A stretch of DNA of 64,000 nt from a virus. Made by a program: the position numbers and the translations under genes. This document shows, one piece after another, positions 24,401-32,354 of the stretch. The notes under the pieces were generated by a model, which worked only from the letters and a program-made list of their open reading frames with translations, was not told the origin of the DNA and did no database searches. The DNA lies in IMG/VR virus record IMGVR_UViG_3300026518_000009, positions 1-64,000 of that record. One strand, written 5' to 3'. Numbering within the stretch: position 1 is the first letter of the stretch; every line of letters starts with the position of its first letter.

Positions 24401-27400
24401 ATTATATCAGGACTTAGAGAACGTGGAGTTATAGATAATAATGGTAAAATATTAGATAAAAATACAATATATAAACTTCAACAAAAATTAGGAGATAGAG
24501 TATTATCTATTAAAAATAATACATTAGAAATTAATGAATCTGAACTAGCTAACTATAATACTAAACTTAAAGAATATGCTGCTAATAATACTGGACAAGT
24601 ATATAGCACTCATAATTCTATAATAACTACAGAACATTCTCCAGAAATTAAAAAAATGATTAACGAGTATAATATACTTATTAGTAAATATAATTATAAG
24701 CTTACTGGAACAATGTCTAATAAAGAGAGAGCTATTATTGAAACTAGAATAGATAAATTACGAGAATTTAGAGATGAATTAATTGAAAATGATTCTATAG
24801 ATACTATTAAAACTATAGCTAATAAACAATTAGATTTAGCTCATTCTATATTAAATAAAAAAGAATTAACTCATTTAGATATTCAAGCCGCATCTGATAT
24901 AGCTAGTATGTGGAATAAAAATACTACAGATAACTATTTAACAGCAGAACAAAAATTAAATCCTGAGAATAGTGAATATAAAGTATATAGGGAATTAAAT
25001 ACAAGAGCGATTGATATAGATAATGAAGTATTATATCATGCTAGAGAATTAGCACTTGATTATATAAATAATACTATCGGATTTAATAAAGAAATTAAAT
25101 TAAAAGATTTATTAGCAATACATGATATTCCTTATTTTAAAGCTACATTTATGGATTTATTTAAAGCTAAAAGTCCATTATTACAAACTATTGGAATGGT
25201 ATTATCTATTGCTAATAATGGACCAAATGGTGTTATACTTGAAATGAATAAAACAGTAGATGATATATTTAAACCTATAGAAAATGATAAAAGTATAAAA
25301 TCAATTGTTGGTAATAATTTTGATATATTTCATAAAAAAGATTCAAAAGGAAATATTTTACTTAGTTTAGTAGAACGTACAAGTGCTAAATGGGATGAAG
25401 ATTTAGCTAATTTTAAGAATAAATTATCTTTATTAGATAATCAATTTGACAATGGTATTATTAAAGATAAAAATACTTATTTAAAAAGAAGATTTGCTGA
25501 AATTAGAAAACAGAATAAAAAACAGATATTAGTTGATATTGTAGCATTAGGTCTTACTGGTAGAGTTAATAGTAGACAAAGACCTGGGTATAAATTTGAT
25601 GACCCTAGTGAATATAAACAATATCTAGTTGATGAATTAGGAAAAAATATTGCTGAAGAAGTTATTGAAAATGCAAAAAGTGAATATCAACAATATTTAA
25701 ATGATAAAGAATATAAAACTGAACTAATTAATGATTCTGATTTAAGTAAAGAAGAAAAAGATGTAGAACTAAAAAAATGGATAAAAGATAATAATCCAGA
25801 ATTAACGTTAGATAGGATATTTACTGGAGAAGATATAGATGGTGGAAGTAATGGATTTAAATATATAGTTAAAATACCTAGAAGAAGAATTAAGCAAGGA
25901 GATAAATATATTGATACTGGATATTATGATAAAGATTTTGAGAAAATAATGGCTAATGATAAATTAAGAGAGATATATAATAAACATAATGAATTATTAA
26001 CTAAATTCTTAATTAAATTACCTAGATTAACAACTAATAATTTAGATACTAATTTCTTACCTGGAGTACTAAAATCATCTTATGATACAATGTTTAAAAG
26101 TGAAGATTCTAGAATGAATATATTAAATTCTAAATTAATAGAGTCAATAGCTTCTACTGATGTTAGAAAACTTGTTGGAGATAAAATTAAATTATATGTT
26201 AAATCAGATATACATGGTAAAATATTAAAGAGTATTCCTATACATTATGTAGAACATACTCAACCAGATTATATGTATTCAACAGATTTAAAATATAACT
26301 TGAAAAAGTTTGGAGAAATGGCATTAAATTATGAATATAAAAATGCTATGGAACCAGTATTATTTACATTACTAAAGGTATTAGATAATGCTAGAGAAAT
26401 ACAAACTACTGATAGTGGAGCAAATATATACAATGAAAATGGGGAATTACAAACTAAAGATAATGGTTTAGTAATGTCTCATAAATTGGTAGATAACTCT
26501 ATTGCAAAAATAATGTATGATGAAGGATTAAAACATAAATATAGTTCTAAGGTAATTCATAATCCTCCTAGTATGAATGAAGTAAAATTAGTTACACTTC
26601 GTAGAAAGTTAGAAAGGGGTGAGATAACTAAAGATGAATATGATTCTAAGTCTGCTATTATTAGTAAATCAGATGATAGTCAAATAACTTTATTAAATGC
26701 TAAACAACAACATATATTAAAAAGATTAGGATTACAAATAGAAAATGATTATCATAAATTAGAAAATGATTTTGAAAATAATAATATTTCAGAAGAAGAA
26801 TATAATACAAAATTAAATAGATTAGAAAAAGATTATGAAGCATTAGGTGGAAGAAATTTATCTACTACAAAAGTTGCTGATAAATTTTTATATCTAACTC
26901 AGATGAAAGGTATGGCGTTAAACTTTACTTCAGGTATGGGTAACTTTTTATATGGAATTATTGCTATGTTTACTCATGCTAATGGTAGAGTTGAATTTAA
27001 TAATAAAACAGCTTTTAAAGCAATGAATGAAGTATTATCAACTAGATTAAAATCTAAAGAAGATAATAAAGTATATAACATAATGAAGAATGGTAATATT
27101 GTATACGATACTATTGATGCTAGACATGACACTGTTAAAAGTAGTGATATGTTTAAACAAGTTCATAATTTAGATTTTTATGTATTTCAAAGTCAAACTG
27201 AGTATTTAATTCAAGCAATGTCATATATAGCTAAAATGATGCACTATAAGGTAGAAGATAAAAATGGAAATACAATAAGCTTATATGATGCATATAAGAA
27301 TGATGGAACTATTGATATTGATAAAATGGGTGAGGATTTTGCTAATAGATGGAATCATATTACAAAACCAGGAGAGGTTAATGATTTTGTTAATTTTAGA

Positions 27401-28114
27401 GAAAGTGGAATTGAGTTAAATAAAATGTTACATGGTAATTATGATCCTAGTAGTCCTAAATTAATAAATAGTACATTATTCGGTAAAGCTTTAATGCAAT
27501 TTAGAAATTGGATACCAGAAGGAATATTTAGTAGATTTAGTGATGAGTTTTATGATCGTAGATTAGGTAGAACTATAAAAGGTAGATGGACTACATATGG
27601 TGAATTAGGAATAGGTGGAAGTCTTAAAACACTATTAAAACAAATATTATATAGACCAGATGCATTTATTATTGATGGTGAAAAGATGAAAGATGTAGAT
27701 ATAGAAAATATGCGTAGAAATCTAGGTGAGTTAGCTGTTGCTGTAAGTATTCTTGGAATGATGCTTGGTCTTAAAGCTATTATTAATTGGAATAAAGATG
27801 AAAATAATGGTGGAATAGGAGCTTCTAGTGCTATGGTAGCATATAATATATTGTTTAGAGCTAATCAAGATATATACTTTTATAATAATCCTAAAACATT
27901 TTACAATATTCTTCGTTCTCCATTACCAGCAACAAAAGTATTTACTGACTTTATGAATGCTGCACATGGAAGTTATAAAGAACTTACACAAGATAATTAT
28001 AGAGGTCAAAGTTGGTATAGTAAATGGGCAAAAGTATTTCCTATATTAAATCAAGCACCTAAATGGGATTATTATGCTAATAATATGTTAAAGACTAATT
28101 ATGGTTATCAATAA
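12452..28114 (+). CDS. Giant virion polyprotein: crAss-type two-barrel RNA polymerase plus zincin-like protease domain
   Basis: RIPKQ...IVGFLP...MGSDFDIDK (DxDxD catalytic loop, 21005-21019). Also ETTDG, NKP and KSS motifs; HESAH (23660-23674) with downstream HEFISE; hydrophobic segments near both termini. Confidence 0.9.
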   Translation: MPNNNNNSMYNDADALLKDNSGMHPNITPVSKIDMGIGDYSTYDPNPDKYSKGFVPTGNPLSSQEGELSQFKANNQTTFQKIGNTLIKGILEIPTTAVEPLGTLVDLPMWFSSEERMNKGYENFFTKAINNTNEDINKSFPVYLHNENPTPITSADWWYQNGSSVISMLGFLGTAGALDKAAGMLLEGLGDAIDATKFGSAVGKTLSTLEDTSMFGDAASGLKTLSETGKLNQLGSSLLSSAALAHSTGMADAAQTFKIAKDRYTQYYSEKYPNFTPTKINDLAKHAAAKEAEKTLNRHLIDILFYSAGIGNMLKGVKASSTYATLMGDAMVKDVAQSTATLYAMGVTDKFISNEALRDIKINTGLEKDDGSTLVDRYLKEAVSKEGLSAGAVGALNALLLQGFTYMRTRGARQLALERMKENAKTIGDSDKFDKLSKQQFFDLVLDNAAKGTMKNVYETLESISNLKPEEVNKLGLSDNYMDKAKEYSDIAYKIEDEYNKYTAKYPNHQELANEIVINRYLDRDNRREINKVDLKLKELNNTANTDELNHPLHDVKYNSIQRQVNISLIDSYSSLLDRFKDKDNNYRDIETGLTKDEIQSKIDNLKLRNRFILAENERLKTNYLKSILSDNPTKEEIDAQKELIDNYLYTIEKDKNGKINKKLNLSDYDEKLAKLLLQKADLESSRDVASKKASLLDNSKEAQEQYIEEANKQSEIYSKLINNTKEEIAKNKTLTQLDEYEKNARETGSPNLDNPIVKNMIDAHRKVLENKAKTDAKKEKIINSIKKSKNKVTEVVDKLKNKEANTVDEKPIKQNEEDKLSNESNKQSASFSSIGMQDNSSKNTSKTPTKESINLQNKIEELKKNNSNIEKEYNIGDYKKVQKLANNFINGNQNNTSENQQLLNNYPNLFEELIKNTKDNISINDETVASIETNSIKTGIEDGDAGELNKSLANKSDNKISETLVQAHNAIHTQENNGYKISFTINDEINRIDDKIVEGANAAAYLSSDYISIVKIYKSDKRSNKIDRKSISNEFKDETAKIIANTIQKGDIVKFEIDADYIKEHNLDLNNMSDEDRLHNTPIIAKYKYNGKWIKTFYVHEPEWIAKYTDNGLLVPDNIAGIKIVDGTPIDITKEQYDSNIKIRKYILDKLNNGEEVTATISDKKNGHLIEHIAIDKNGNFILNANGVPRIEKGKVSELMPEHTELAIAVSDDVILGKGKSLGLKLNTNNIYPGTVFKVVSTNVINNLTGEREKDIIPLITPKITTHQQVGFNIENYLKIHFSDYDITKLNDDYKKFSNTTQNLFDRNNSNSLFKFLDNYLQLKKFNIDTLIRSPKGKYLFNVDKDGTFSFGSTTSEVLYSAKIEDGKYIFTSEIASGITKDLTLDEFMIKFNNALHDKQSFIPFAVKYTKINGQDISIHEPIIHAHNQIGIKNRTNDDFEITNVNTFKNYNRFVEDKLQTTFVGTNKDSDGNYIYFTQPNLHFNIAEEMKPENVEHINSDLDNILNNTSEEGVDLDNILNDEANNDGRPSINSVEADDKETTIYNNDDIKTTSDYYIKEFGSFTQQKQIANSLIKPILRLYTEQVLNNSSELSKLNHSEYFNQKYLQLVKIKDILSNIKSKFDIDKLSINDKDKKFLASLGIDYRLNNANELLSDMLKYYEITTKPDIYKKLVEHAKSELNNIGINTKGKEFNFEGFEENEDGENNLYETAKYDDKARLKLNDKHISSPLFKAFLYTIPYTESKDGKNIAKRNVLGLDMYANIDDIYNKLHSISMDKVLTFDDMMKVLRSQQTVYPVFKTIADRLNNDIMIPVQTEMVNYMAKYRHELQTAIESKFNKATLINNNSTTGKYGIFNDWRNKFNISNYIIAKDDNSFEYDIDKINELKSNYSKAYDLYKNDYLNPKFQNIFKNILSKFGIDLSNRTINTIFELPNSIEKANIEQILNPKASNSFIGMLFRLSNSKGDIDKISPFNNKAISKYLLNIAKVEDIFSDKVFDNSAIDGSGNLIFEPQDYNYLKNTVNDILNPNGNKLSDLLKASFSKHSLWLNAIASNSNIRKNFKVSFFDSYKLGNNSSNATERKLLTESNQNKIALDIFANSTHDRTNFFGLTFGENSTSPIFTTARQDIKLYFDEEGGKIRVDDNTVELAFNQALNEIERIKTFQDTIKKTKFSDYNNGAETFFLYRYLNKDELSKIISKDELGEIYTGNKLEITPNGINIIKDVIRRKLEEHIENTIADFEEHNNIKSKEIQIKDKNKDEVKTVKIYTPDNLSKQYSTDKTFKPVNISGKTEYYKNKTLLESDTLRNTIANFAIQSKLANAEMYYMLADPAIMTKVDKDGKVDIEATFKNLQKRLKGALSPHITGNWTTPTFRSVTAKDRIIDSKHLNEYHDKLKINGYKELETTDGFELTTLKEDIEFRLANNLIKPNIAKSILNKIKKVSNTEDRYFELDNIEKDAIFNVNKPILYSSKYYPDEDVNMIHFRKSSAMPLLPEMTRGLPLDKIRVAMERDGVDRVGFNTTDKLGKTELATLFDKEGNILNNIRFNDNQIQTINRDVFGMQQHIPTDNHEVAVITQLNSLALDGLLDTKGFKYKDKTYNGHQLRDKKEELKIKLFELGKQRVLNRFGIEESNGEYKFTNYSGLKKLLLNVAKKNNWSDIDIQQLGITKDGKSFKFPLIFNNSLDRIQSALVSYLNKEIIKIKFNGSGDVQVPDLGFGKAITTDYNKLSDSEKSNLKANTIFIDGYNNNTLDAYGINNDSSVRRMQVLVSWGFTDNTGNLLDINKFTKINDDGRLVIDTDKLPKEVLEGIYTRIPKQKHGSTVPFEIVGFLPENMKKTVVVADGITEQMGSDFDIDKMYSYLKYRYLDKDGKFNVVSKDTKDDIEHKLELINEYKTLQEQFGELVSNNKAYVEIDGKKKLTEIGRKIQDKIDEIKTEVNDNLDEQYYKQLLKINTEDNVIKNDYVDLLNSIYTHPDVAKIALTPLTNTDLDNEILRQKFSTYSDITDWKYQRDSYNLQQNGKDLIGIISLANIYNAHAQAHTLELGKILRDKIKILDDTGNVLDLNYLGGTAKSKFIDDNNNVIIRSKSDNIQTLQDAAVDNGANPKLGYLGVNVNNINSIITALRLKTNDNESMNINFILRLIKIPLVKEYLNNILEFKNNNDFEHRGFELKYANDKLEEKYKDDLYKDNDKLLSAKMLLDAINDDNITNSTATSALELFKKLYKLGDAEAKVMSTVMSAIRNGAGKNIYESMGLANRLYSDVINNEYIPKAYELLGDLKYDKNNRPYIDYKTELGKAFENSVIFTNQSLGRLLNINTPKLRTVFSELYNNNIPLNAKNIKGVVDEYRTAILSSKSGIVPNDIVRQERYRLLYGKTSLWNRIQDYLKTNDNKFLDELKIKSVPGKDIAKRIAYDNTKGKNISEVDNINYINEMLYSDNLELKSIGEDLVKYSYLVSPIFNTISFTRFISTKYLEELGVDKNLRNINITNVPMDGKTNVNTEAFIAQQYQHKPYLAINLNTDGIDIIKSHFGSKGFREEVAVNLDKKIFNGKVPNFLSDNYKDNNGSRTWLLYEYIGVNNNNEYVYKRIDTAGNANKQGKYIKEYNLNTRRIISLFNDNQHDYNYKGIEKIISRPTEINDETPTTNSLPNITAVDKYAKDGKLTSTLKEIKSNDYYSLIADTFSKYFKHTTDVNFAFDNSLPNNIAGIYKDGLIRMNGNIDLDNPKNIDTFEAKILHESAHAITDKLIDNYFNNKSANTKEVNAILDRLNEVFIHSRNKIISNSDKEEYLKDLINKFSKLNKNDKLSISKEDAKYYGFTDLHEFISETISNNKFRELLNNVKYNKDRTVLDKINGLLQKVYKTILKSFGLDVKPNTALDYTFNEIFNLMHENSKYDNFDDLKVDGNDFANKTVVEKANDNIVDKLNLDKKAILTKDELSIIARNTDTKENMLDKDPYSDTYIPTQDPTNNNIASNYKVFTKESIISGLRERGVIDNNGKILDKNTIYKLQQKLGDRVLSIKNNTLEINESELANYNTKLKEYAANNTGQVYSTHNSIITTEHSPEIKKMINEYNILISKYNYKLTGTMSNKERAIIETRIDKLREFRDELIENDSIDTIKTIANKQLDLAHSILNKKELTHLDIQAASDIASMWNKNTTDNYLTAEQKLNPENSEYKVYRELNTRAIDIDNEVLYHARELALDYINNTIGFNKEIKLKDLLAIHDIPYFKATFMDLFKAKSPLLQTIGMVLSIANNGPNGVILEMNKTVDDIFKPIENDKSIKSIVGNNFDIFHKKDSKGNILLSLVERTSAKWDEDLANFKNKLSLLDNQFDNGIIKDKNTYLKRRFAEIRKQNKKQILVDIVALGLTGRVNSRQRPGYKFDDPSEYKQYLVDELGKNIAEEVIENAKSEYQQYLNDKEYKTELINDSDLSKEEKDVELKKWIKDNNPELTLDRIFTGEDIDGGSNGFKYIVKIPRRRIKQGDKYIDTGYYDKDFEKIMANDKLREIYNKHNELLTKFLIKLPRLTTNNLDTNFLPGVLKSSYDTMFKSEDSRMNILNSKLIESIASTDVRKLVGDKIKLYVKSDIHGKILKSIPIHYVEHTQPDYMYSTDLKYNLKKFGEMALNYEYKNAMEPVLFTLLKVLDNAREIQTTDSGANIYNENGELQTKDNGLVMSHKLVDNSIAKIMYDEGLKHKYSSKVIHNPPSMNEVKLVTLRRKLERGEITKDEYDSKSAIISKSDDSQITLLNAKQQHILKRLGLQIENDYHKLENDFENNNISEEEYNTKLNRLEKDYEALGGRNLSTTKVADKFLYLTQMKGMALNFTSGMGNFLYGIIAMFTHANGRVEFNNKTAFKAMNEVLSTRLKSKEDNKVYNIMKNGNIVYDTIDARHDTVKSSDMFKQVHNLDFYVFQSQTEYLIQAMSYIAKMMHYKVEDKNGNTISLYDAYKNDGTIDIDKMGEDFANRWNHITKPGEVNDFVNFRESGIELNKMLHGNYDPSSPKLINSTLFGKALMQFRNWIPEGIFSRFSDEFYDRRLGRTIKGRWTTYGELGIGGSLKTLLKQILYRPDAFIIDGEKMKDVDIENMRRNLGELAVAVSILGMMLGLKAIINWNKDENNGGIGASSAMVAYNILFRANQDIYFYNNPKTFYNILRSPLPATKVFTDFMNAAHGSYKELTQDNYRGQSWYSKWAKVFPILNQAPKWDYYANNMLKTNYGYQ

Positions 28115-28155
28115 AATACATATTCAACTTAAATATATATTTTCATAGTCAAGAA

Positions 28156-28192
28156 AAAGGGGTCTGATATATAACTATATCGATCCCTTTGT
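28156..28192. terminator. Probable bidirectional intrinsic terminator between convergent blocks
   Basis: AAAGGGgTC.GATAT-loop-ATATCGAtCCCTTT stem, with an A-run on the left and a T-rich run on the right. Confidence 0.7.
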
Positions 28193-28288
28193 TATCTATT
28201 AACCTGACTAATGATTATTATTAAATTATGTCAAATTTTAATGTAATACTTTTGTGAAAATATAAATATACTTTTTTATATATGTAAT

Positions 28289-28600
28289 TTAATTAACATT
28301 AATATAATCAATATATTTAATTTCATTAAGTCTTTCATTTGTTAATCTACTTTTCCATAAATGTATAACTTTTTTAGCAGCATTAATATTAGTAAACCCA
28401 TAAGTTCTATTAATAGTTTTATATAAACTATTAATGTCATCAGTAAAATTACCATTTTTATCAACTGCTGATATTGATTTCCAATATCTTTTTCTAAATA
28501 TTCCAATAGTAGTATTTGATAATTGAGGATAATATAATTTTTTACCACTATATTGTTCTTCTACTTTAATTCTAAAAATTGGTTTAGCTTTATAAATCAT
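28289..28600 (-). CDS. Hypothetical protein
   Basis: 103-aa ORF at the end of the leftward unit. Confidence 0.6.
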   Translation of the reverse strand: MIYKAKPIFRIKVEEQYSGKKLYYPQLSNTTIGIFRKRYWKSISAVDKNGNFTDDINSLYKTINRTYGFTNINAAKKVIHLWKSRLTNERLNEIKYIDYINVN

Positions 28601-28626
28601 AATAATAATATTTAAAATCTATTTAT

Positions 28627-29034
28627 TTACTTATCCTTACTATTAGTATTAGTAATAGAATTTGAATCATCTCCTATTACAGTATTGCCATCATATGGTT
28701 TAATTAAACCATCATATGTACCAGATATATCACGTTTTTTAGTATGTAATTCATCTTGTGGGTTTAAAGCTTCTGATAATTTATCTAATTTATTATTAAT
28801 ATCTATTTGCTCTAATTCTTTGGCTTTATTAATCCACCACTGTTCTTTAGCTAAATCAATATTAATATCATCTTTCTTACCAGCTCTCATCCTATAAAAA
28901 AATGCTGTTACATAACAAACATCTATCATTTTTTCTACACCCCAAATCTTGATAGCCATGTTGATAGCTTCAATTGGATATGAATTATAATAATTAGGAT
29001 GATTAATTGTGTTTAATGTTTTATTGTTATCCAT
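28627..29034 (-). CDS. DUF3310 (SaV-like) protein
   Basis: INHPNYY...EAI...YRMRAGKK...DLAKEQWWI signature. Confidence 0.75.
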   Translation of the reverse strand: MDNNKTLNTINHPNYYNSYPIEAINMAIKIWGVEKMIDVCYVTAFFYRMRAGKKDDINIDLAKEQWWINKAKELEQIDINNKLDKLSEALNPQDELHTKKRDISGTYDGLIKPYDGNTVIGDDSNSITNTNSKDK

Positions 29035-29035
29035 A

Positions 29036-29479
29036 TTAATTGAATTTATAATAATTAAATCTATGTTTTATTGTATTTATATAATTTTTATTTATATGTT
29101 CTCTTTCACATAATGTTATTATATTAGATACAATAATATAATTTTTTATATCTATAGTTTTTAAAGTAGATAATTTATATTCTATTAATGCCATAATTGT
29201 ATTTTTAGGAATGGTATTATTATCATTAAAATTATTAATAATATTATGTATGTATATTAAAGTATCATATTCTACTTTAGCATTTTGAAAATTAATTGTT
29301 TCAAAAGTATATACACTATTTTTAACTTGATAATATGTAATGAATTTAGAACCTTTTGTAATTACCACTCTATTAAAATATACATTATTTTTATATTTAA
29401 TTAGATATACTTCCTTATTACTTAATACACTATCTGATACCAGTGTGTCCAAAGCCTCCTGTACCTCTTTCTGTCTCAT
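29036..29479 (-). CDS. Hypothetical protein
   Basis: 147-aa ORF overlapping the end of dut by 50 nt; start uncertain. Confidence 0.5.
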   Translation of the reverse strand: MRQKEVQEALDTLVSDSVLSNKEVYLIKYKNNVYFNRVVITKGSKFITYYQVKNSVYTFETINFQNAKVEYDTLIYIHNIINNFNDNNTIPKNTIMALIEYKLSTLKTIDIKNYIIVSNIITLCEREHINKNYINTIKHRFNYYKFN

Positions 29480-29906
29480 CTAATTTATCTACTTTATTAA
29501 ATTGTATTCTACTATATTCTTGTAAAACAAATTGTCCAATTCTATCACCATTTTTTATTATGATATCTTTATTACTAGAATTATAAACCAGTAAATTACA
29601 TTCACCTCTATAATCTGAATCAATAACTCCTACTCCATTAGTTATCATCAATCCTTTTTTATAAGCTAATCCACTTCTAGCATGAACTTTAATGACATAT
29701 CCTACTGGAATACTCATATATAAACCAGTGTGAACCATAGTTCTTTGTCCTGGTTTTAATTTATAAGCATAATTATTATCTAATATACAGTTATTAGTTT
29801 CATGTGTTATATATGCTTTAACATCTACTCCAGCACTACCTAAAGTAGCGTATGTAGGAGTATCATTATTACTTTTATTTACTATTTTAACATCTATTAT
29901 TTCCAT
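29430..29906 (-). CDS. dut: Trimeric dUTPase
   Basis: All five motifs: SAGVD, RSGLA, GVIDSDYRG, DRIGQ, RGTGGFGHTG. Confidence 0.97.
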   Translation of the reverse strand: MEIIDVKIVNKSNNDTPTYATLGSAGVDVKAYITHETNNCILDNNYAYKLKPGQRTMVHTGLYMSIPVGYVIKVHARSGLAYKKGLMITNGVGVIDSDYRGECNLLVYNSSNKDIIIKNGDRIGQFVLQEYSRIQFNKVDKLDETERGTGGFGHTGIR

Positions 29907-30128
29907 TTATTTATTATTTTTTAAATTATTTAATCTTTTCTTTTCATTATTTAATTTATAATCTATTATAATATCTATTATATCAAATATAGCATTTATT
30001 AAGAAATATATACCTACTATTATAATAATACTTTTTGATATTAATTCAGGAGTATAAATAAATTCTATTCCACATATAAGATACCCAATAATTTTAAATA
30101 ATTCTATTATTTTCTTTGCTTTTGTCAT
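29907..30128 (-). CDS. Small membrane protein
   Basis: Two hydrophobic segments and a basic tail. Confidence 0.55.
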   Translation of the reverse strand: MTKAKKIIELFKIIGYLICGIEFIYTPELISKSIIIIVGIYFLINAIFDIIDIIIDYKLNNEKKRLNNLKNNK

Positions 30129-30390
30129 TATTAATTATTTTAATTATATTAGTTTTTAATTTATATCCTAATGGTTCACAATTAAAATCAGTACCAAATA
30201 TTGATAATTTATCTAGATTATTTTTAAAATAATTATCTATTTCTTCAACAGTATTATTTGGTGCTATTTCTTTATTAGGAAATAATATATCAACACTACC
30301 AATTCTAACATTAGAATCTACTTGCTTATAAACTGGTCTATTCCAATCATCAATTCCTTCAAATTTAAATTTTTTAATATTAATATTCAT
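30094..30390 (-). CDS. Hypothetical phage protein
   Basis: FEGIDDWNRPVYK...EP motif of a common small phage family. Confidence 0.65.
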   Translation of the reverse strand: MNINIKKFKFEGIDDWNRPVYKQVDSNVRIGSVDILFPNKEIAPNNTVEEIDNYFKNNLDKLSIFGTDFNCEPLGYKLKTNIIKIINNDKSKENNRII

Positions 30391-30632
30391 TATTGATATT
30401 GTTTAACTTGTTTAGCAAAATCATCACAATAAGTATATAAATTACTAGGAGTTAAATATCCATTAATATTATCTATTTTAAATTGTTCATATTCAATTCT
30501 ATTTTTACATTTCCATAATTGTAATCTAGTTCCAGATATAGCACTAGGAATATCTAATCTAATTTCATCGTTAGAATTTATTGTTACAATTACATTATCA
30601 ATTACTTTTCTAGCTATTACCTTTTTTCTCAT
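30390..30632 (-). CDS. Hypothetical protein
   Basis: 80-aa ORF, translationally coupled to the next gene. Confidence 0.55.
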   Translation of the reverse strand: MRKKVIARKVIDNVIVTINSNDEIRLDIPSAISGTRLQLWKCKNRIEYEQFKIDNINGYLTPSNLYTYCDDFAKQVKQYQ

Positions 30633-30702
30633 TATTTTGTAAGCTTAATTGTAAAATCTAATTTAAATAAATTATACATAAATATTTATATAATATCTAT
30701 TT

Positions 30703-31737
30703 TTATACTAGTAGCTCCTGTGCTAATACTAATGCTTTATTATTTAGTTTATTATCACTACCTCCTAATACAAGTGACTCCATTTTTTTATCTTCACTAG
30801 TATATTTTTTTATATTAGATAAATAACCAGTAATTGCATTATATACTCCAAATCCTGTTCCAATAATATTATCTTGACCTACACCAACTTGATAATATTT
30901 CATAATATCTAATAGTATATTCTTTTTTCTAGTAGATATTACATCTGAATAATTAAGTTTAACTTTTTCTTGTTTAAATGATAAATATTCTTCTCTATTA
31001 AGAATTACTTTTGTAAAATAATCGTTAGCTTCTTTATCATCTATTTTAATATTAGTTAATTTTTTATATAATTCTTCATTTTCTTGAGTAATAGTTTTAC
31101 TAATTTGAAGAATATTACTAGCATCACTTATTTTATCATGAACATTTGTTGTATGTCTAAGATTAAATTTAAATTTAGCTTGACTATATCCATATGCTAA
31201 TGTATTTTGACATACTACTCTAATTGGAGTAAGAAATATACTAACTGATCTACTACCGTCATGAGAAATACTAACTACTAAATAATTTTCAATAGTATCA
31301 TATCCATTTAATATAATATAATATGGAAGTTTAGCTGTAATAAATACTACTTCACCATTACCTAATGCTCCAGCTGTTTCATAAATAGCTTTATCTTTTC
31401 CAACAATACTATCCATAAATTTAAATGCCTCAGTATTTTGCACTATCTCATATCTGTCACTAACAGTTCCAAATATATCTAATGTATCAGTACGATATGT
31501 AGCAAAAGTATTTTCTACTTGTTTACCTTTTATACCTGTAGTATCTTTAATATAGTTGTTAAATTTAGCATATATTGGAGCTTTATCAATAGTATAATCT
31601 AAATTAGCTAGTTTTATTGCTTCTTTACTTGTCATAGCATCATCTACAATGGTACCTAGTTTATGCCAAGCAGGTTCTTTGTGTGATACAAAACTATAAG
31701 TTCCTTTTTCTTTATTAAAATTTATATTTGCACTCAT
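30703..31737 (-). CDS. DUF932/DUF945 phage-plasmid protein
   Basis: PAWHKLG, YEIVQNTEAF.F.D, YETAGALGNG, SHDGS and TPIRVVCQNTL motifs. Confidence 0.9.
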   Translation of the reverse strand: MSANINFNKEKGTYSFVSHKEPAWHKLGTIVDDAMTSKEAIKLANLDYTIDKAPIYAKFNNYIKDTTGIKGKQVENTFATYRTDTLDIFGTVSDRYEIVQNTEAFKFMDSIVGKDKAIYETAGALGNGEVVFITAKLPYYIILNGYDTIENYLVVSISHDGSRSVSIFLTPIRVVCQNTLAYGYSQAKFKFNLRHTTNVHDKISDASNILQISKTITQENEELYKKLTNIKIDDKEANDYFTKVILNREEYLSFKQEKVKLNYSDVISTRKKNILLDIMKYYQVGVGQDNIIGTGFGVYNAITGYLSNIKKYTSEDKKMESLVLGGSDNKLNNKALVLAQELLV

Positions 31738-31764
31738 TTTATTTTATATTAATAATTAATTATT

Positions 31765-32043
31765 TTACTTAATATCTACATTGTATGTTCCAGTATTATA
31801 TAATAAATTACCATTTTTATTTGTACCATCAAATGTAACCCACGGATATGATGGATATGGAGGATATATCGGAGTATCTATTATTATTGGACTCATCCAT
31901 TTACTAATTACCTCTGTAATTAATGTAAAGCTTTTCCATTCCCTGTTAGGAAATAATTTATCTAATATATCAATTAATACTCCGAATTGTACATTTTCTA
32001 ATATATTTATAGTTTTATTGTCTGTATCTATTTGTAATTTCAT
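31765..32043 (-). CDS. Hypothetical protein with Pro/Tyr-rich tail
   Basis: 92-aa ORF containing PIYPPYPSYPW. Confidence 0.6.
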   Translation of the reverse strand: MKLQIDTDNKTINILENVQFGVLIDILDKLFPNREWKSFTLITEVISKWMSPIIIDTPIYPPYPSYPWVTFDGTNKNGNLLYNTGTYNVDIK

Positions 32044-32354
32044 TTTACTAAGTTTTCTAAATCCTCTAATTTAATATTATCTATATTATTAATAAGAAAT
32101 TCATATTTCATTTTATTAATTAATCTATCTGGTTTAATAATCAATACTGTAGAATTATCTTTACTTCTATATATACTTTCATTTATAGAATTAAACATAT
32201 CAATATCTACATTTTGTAGATGAGTAAGTATCATTTTAAACTTACTTTCATTTGGCCATATGTTACTATCATCAGTATATAAGAAGTTATCTATAACCAT
32301 AATAACTTCTTTTCTGTCCACTTTATATGGAGTAATTAATTCACTTATTGTCAT
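32040..32354 (-). CDS. Hypothetical protein
   Basis: 104-aa ORF with ATGA overlap. Confidence 0.55.
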   Translation of the reverse strand: MTISELITPYKVDRKEVIMVIDNFLYTDDSNIWPNESKFKMILTHLQNVDIDMFNSINESIYRSKDNSTVLIIKPDRLINKMKYEFLINNIDNIKLEDLENLVK

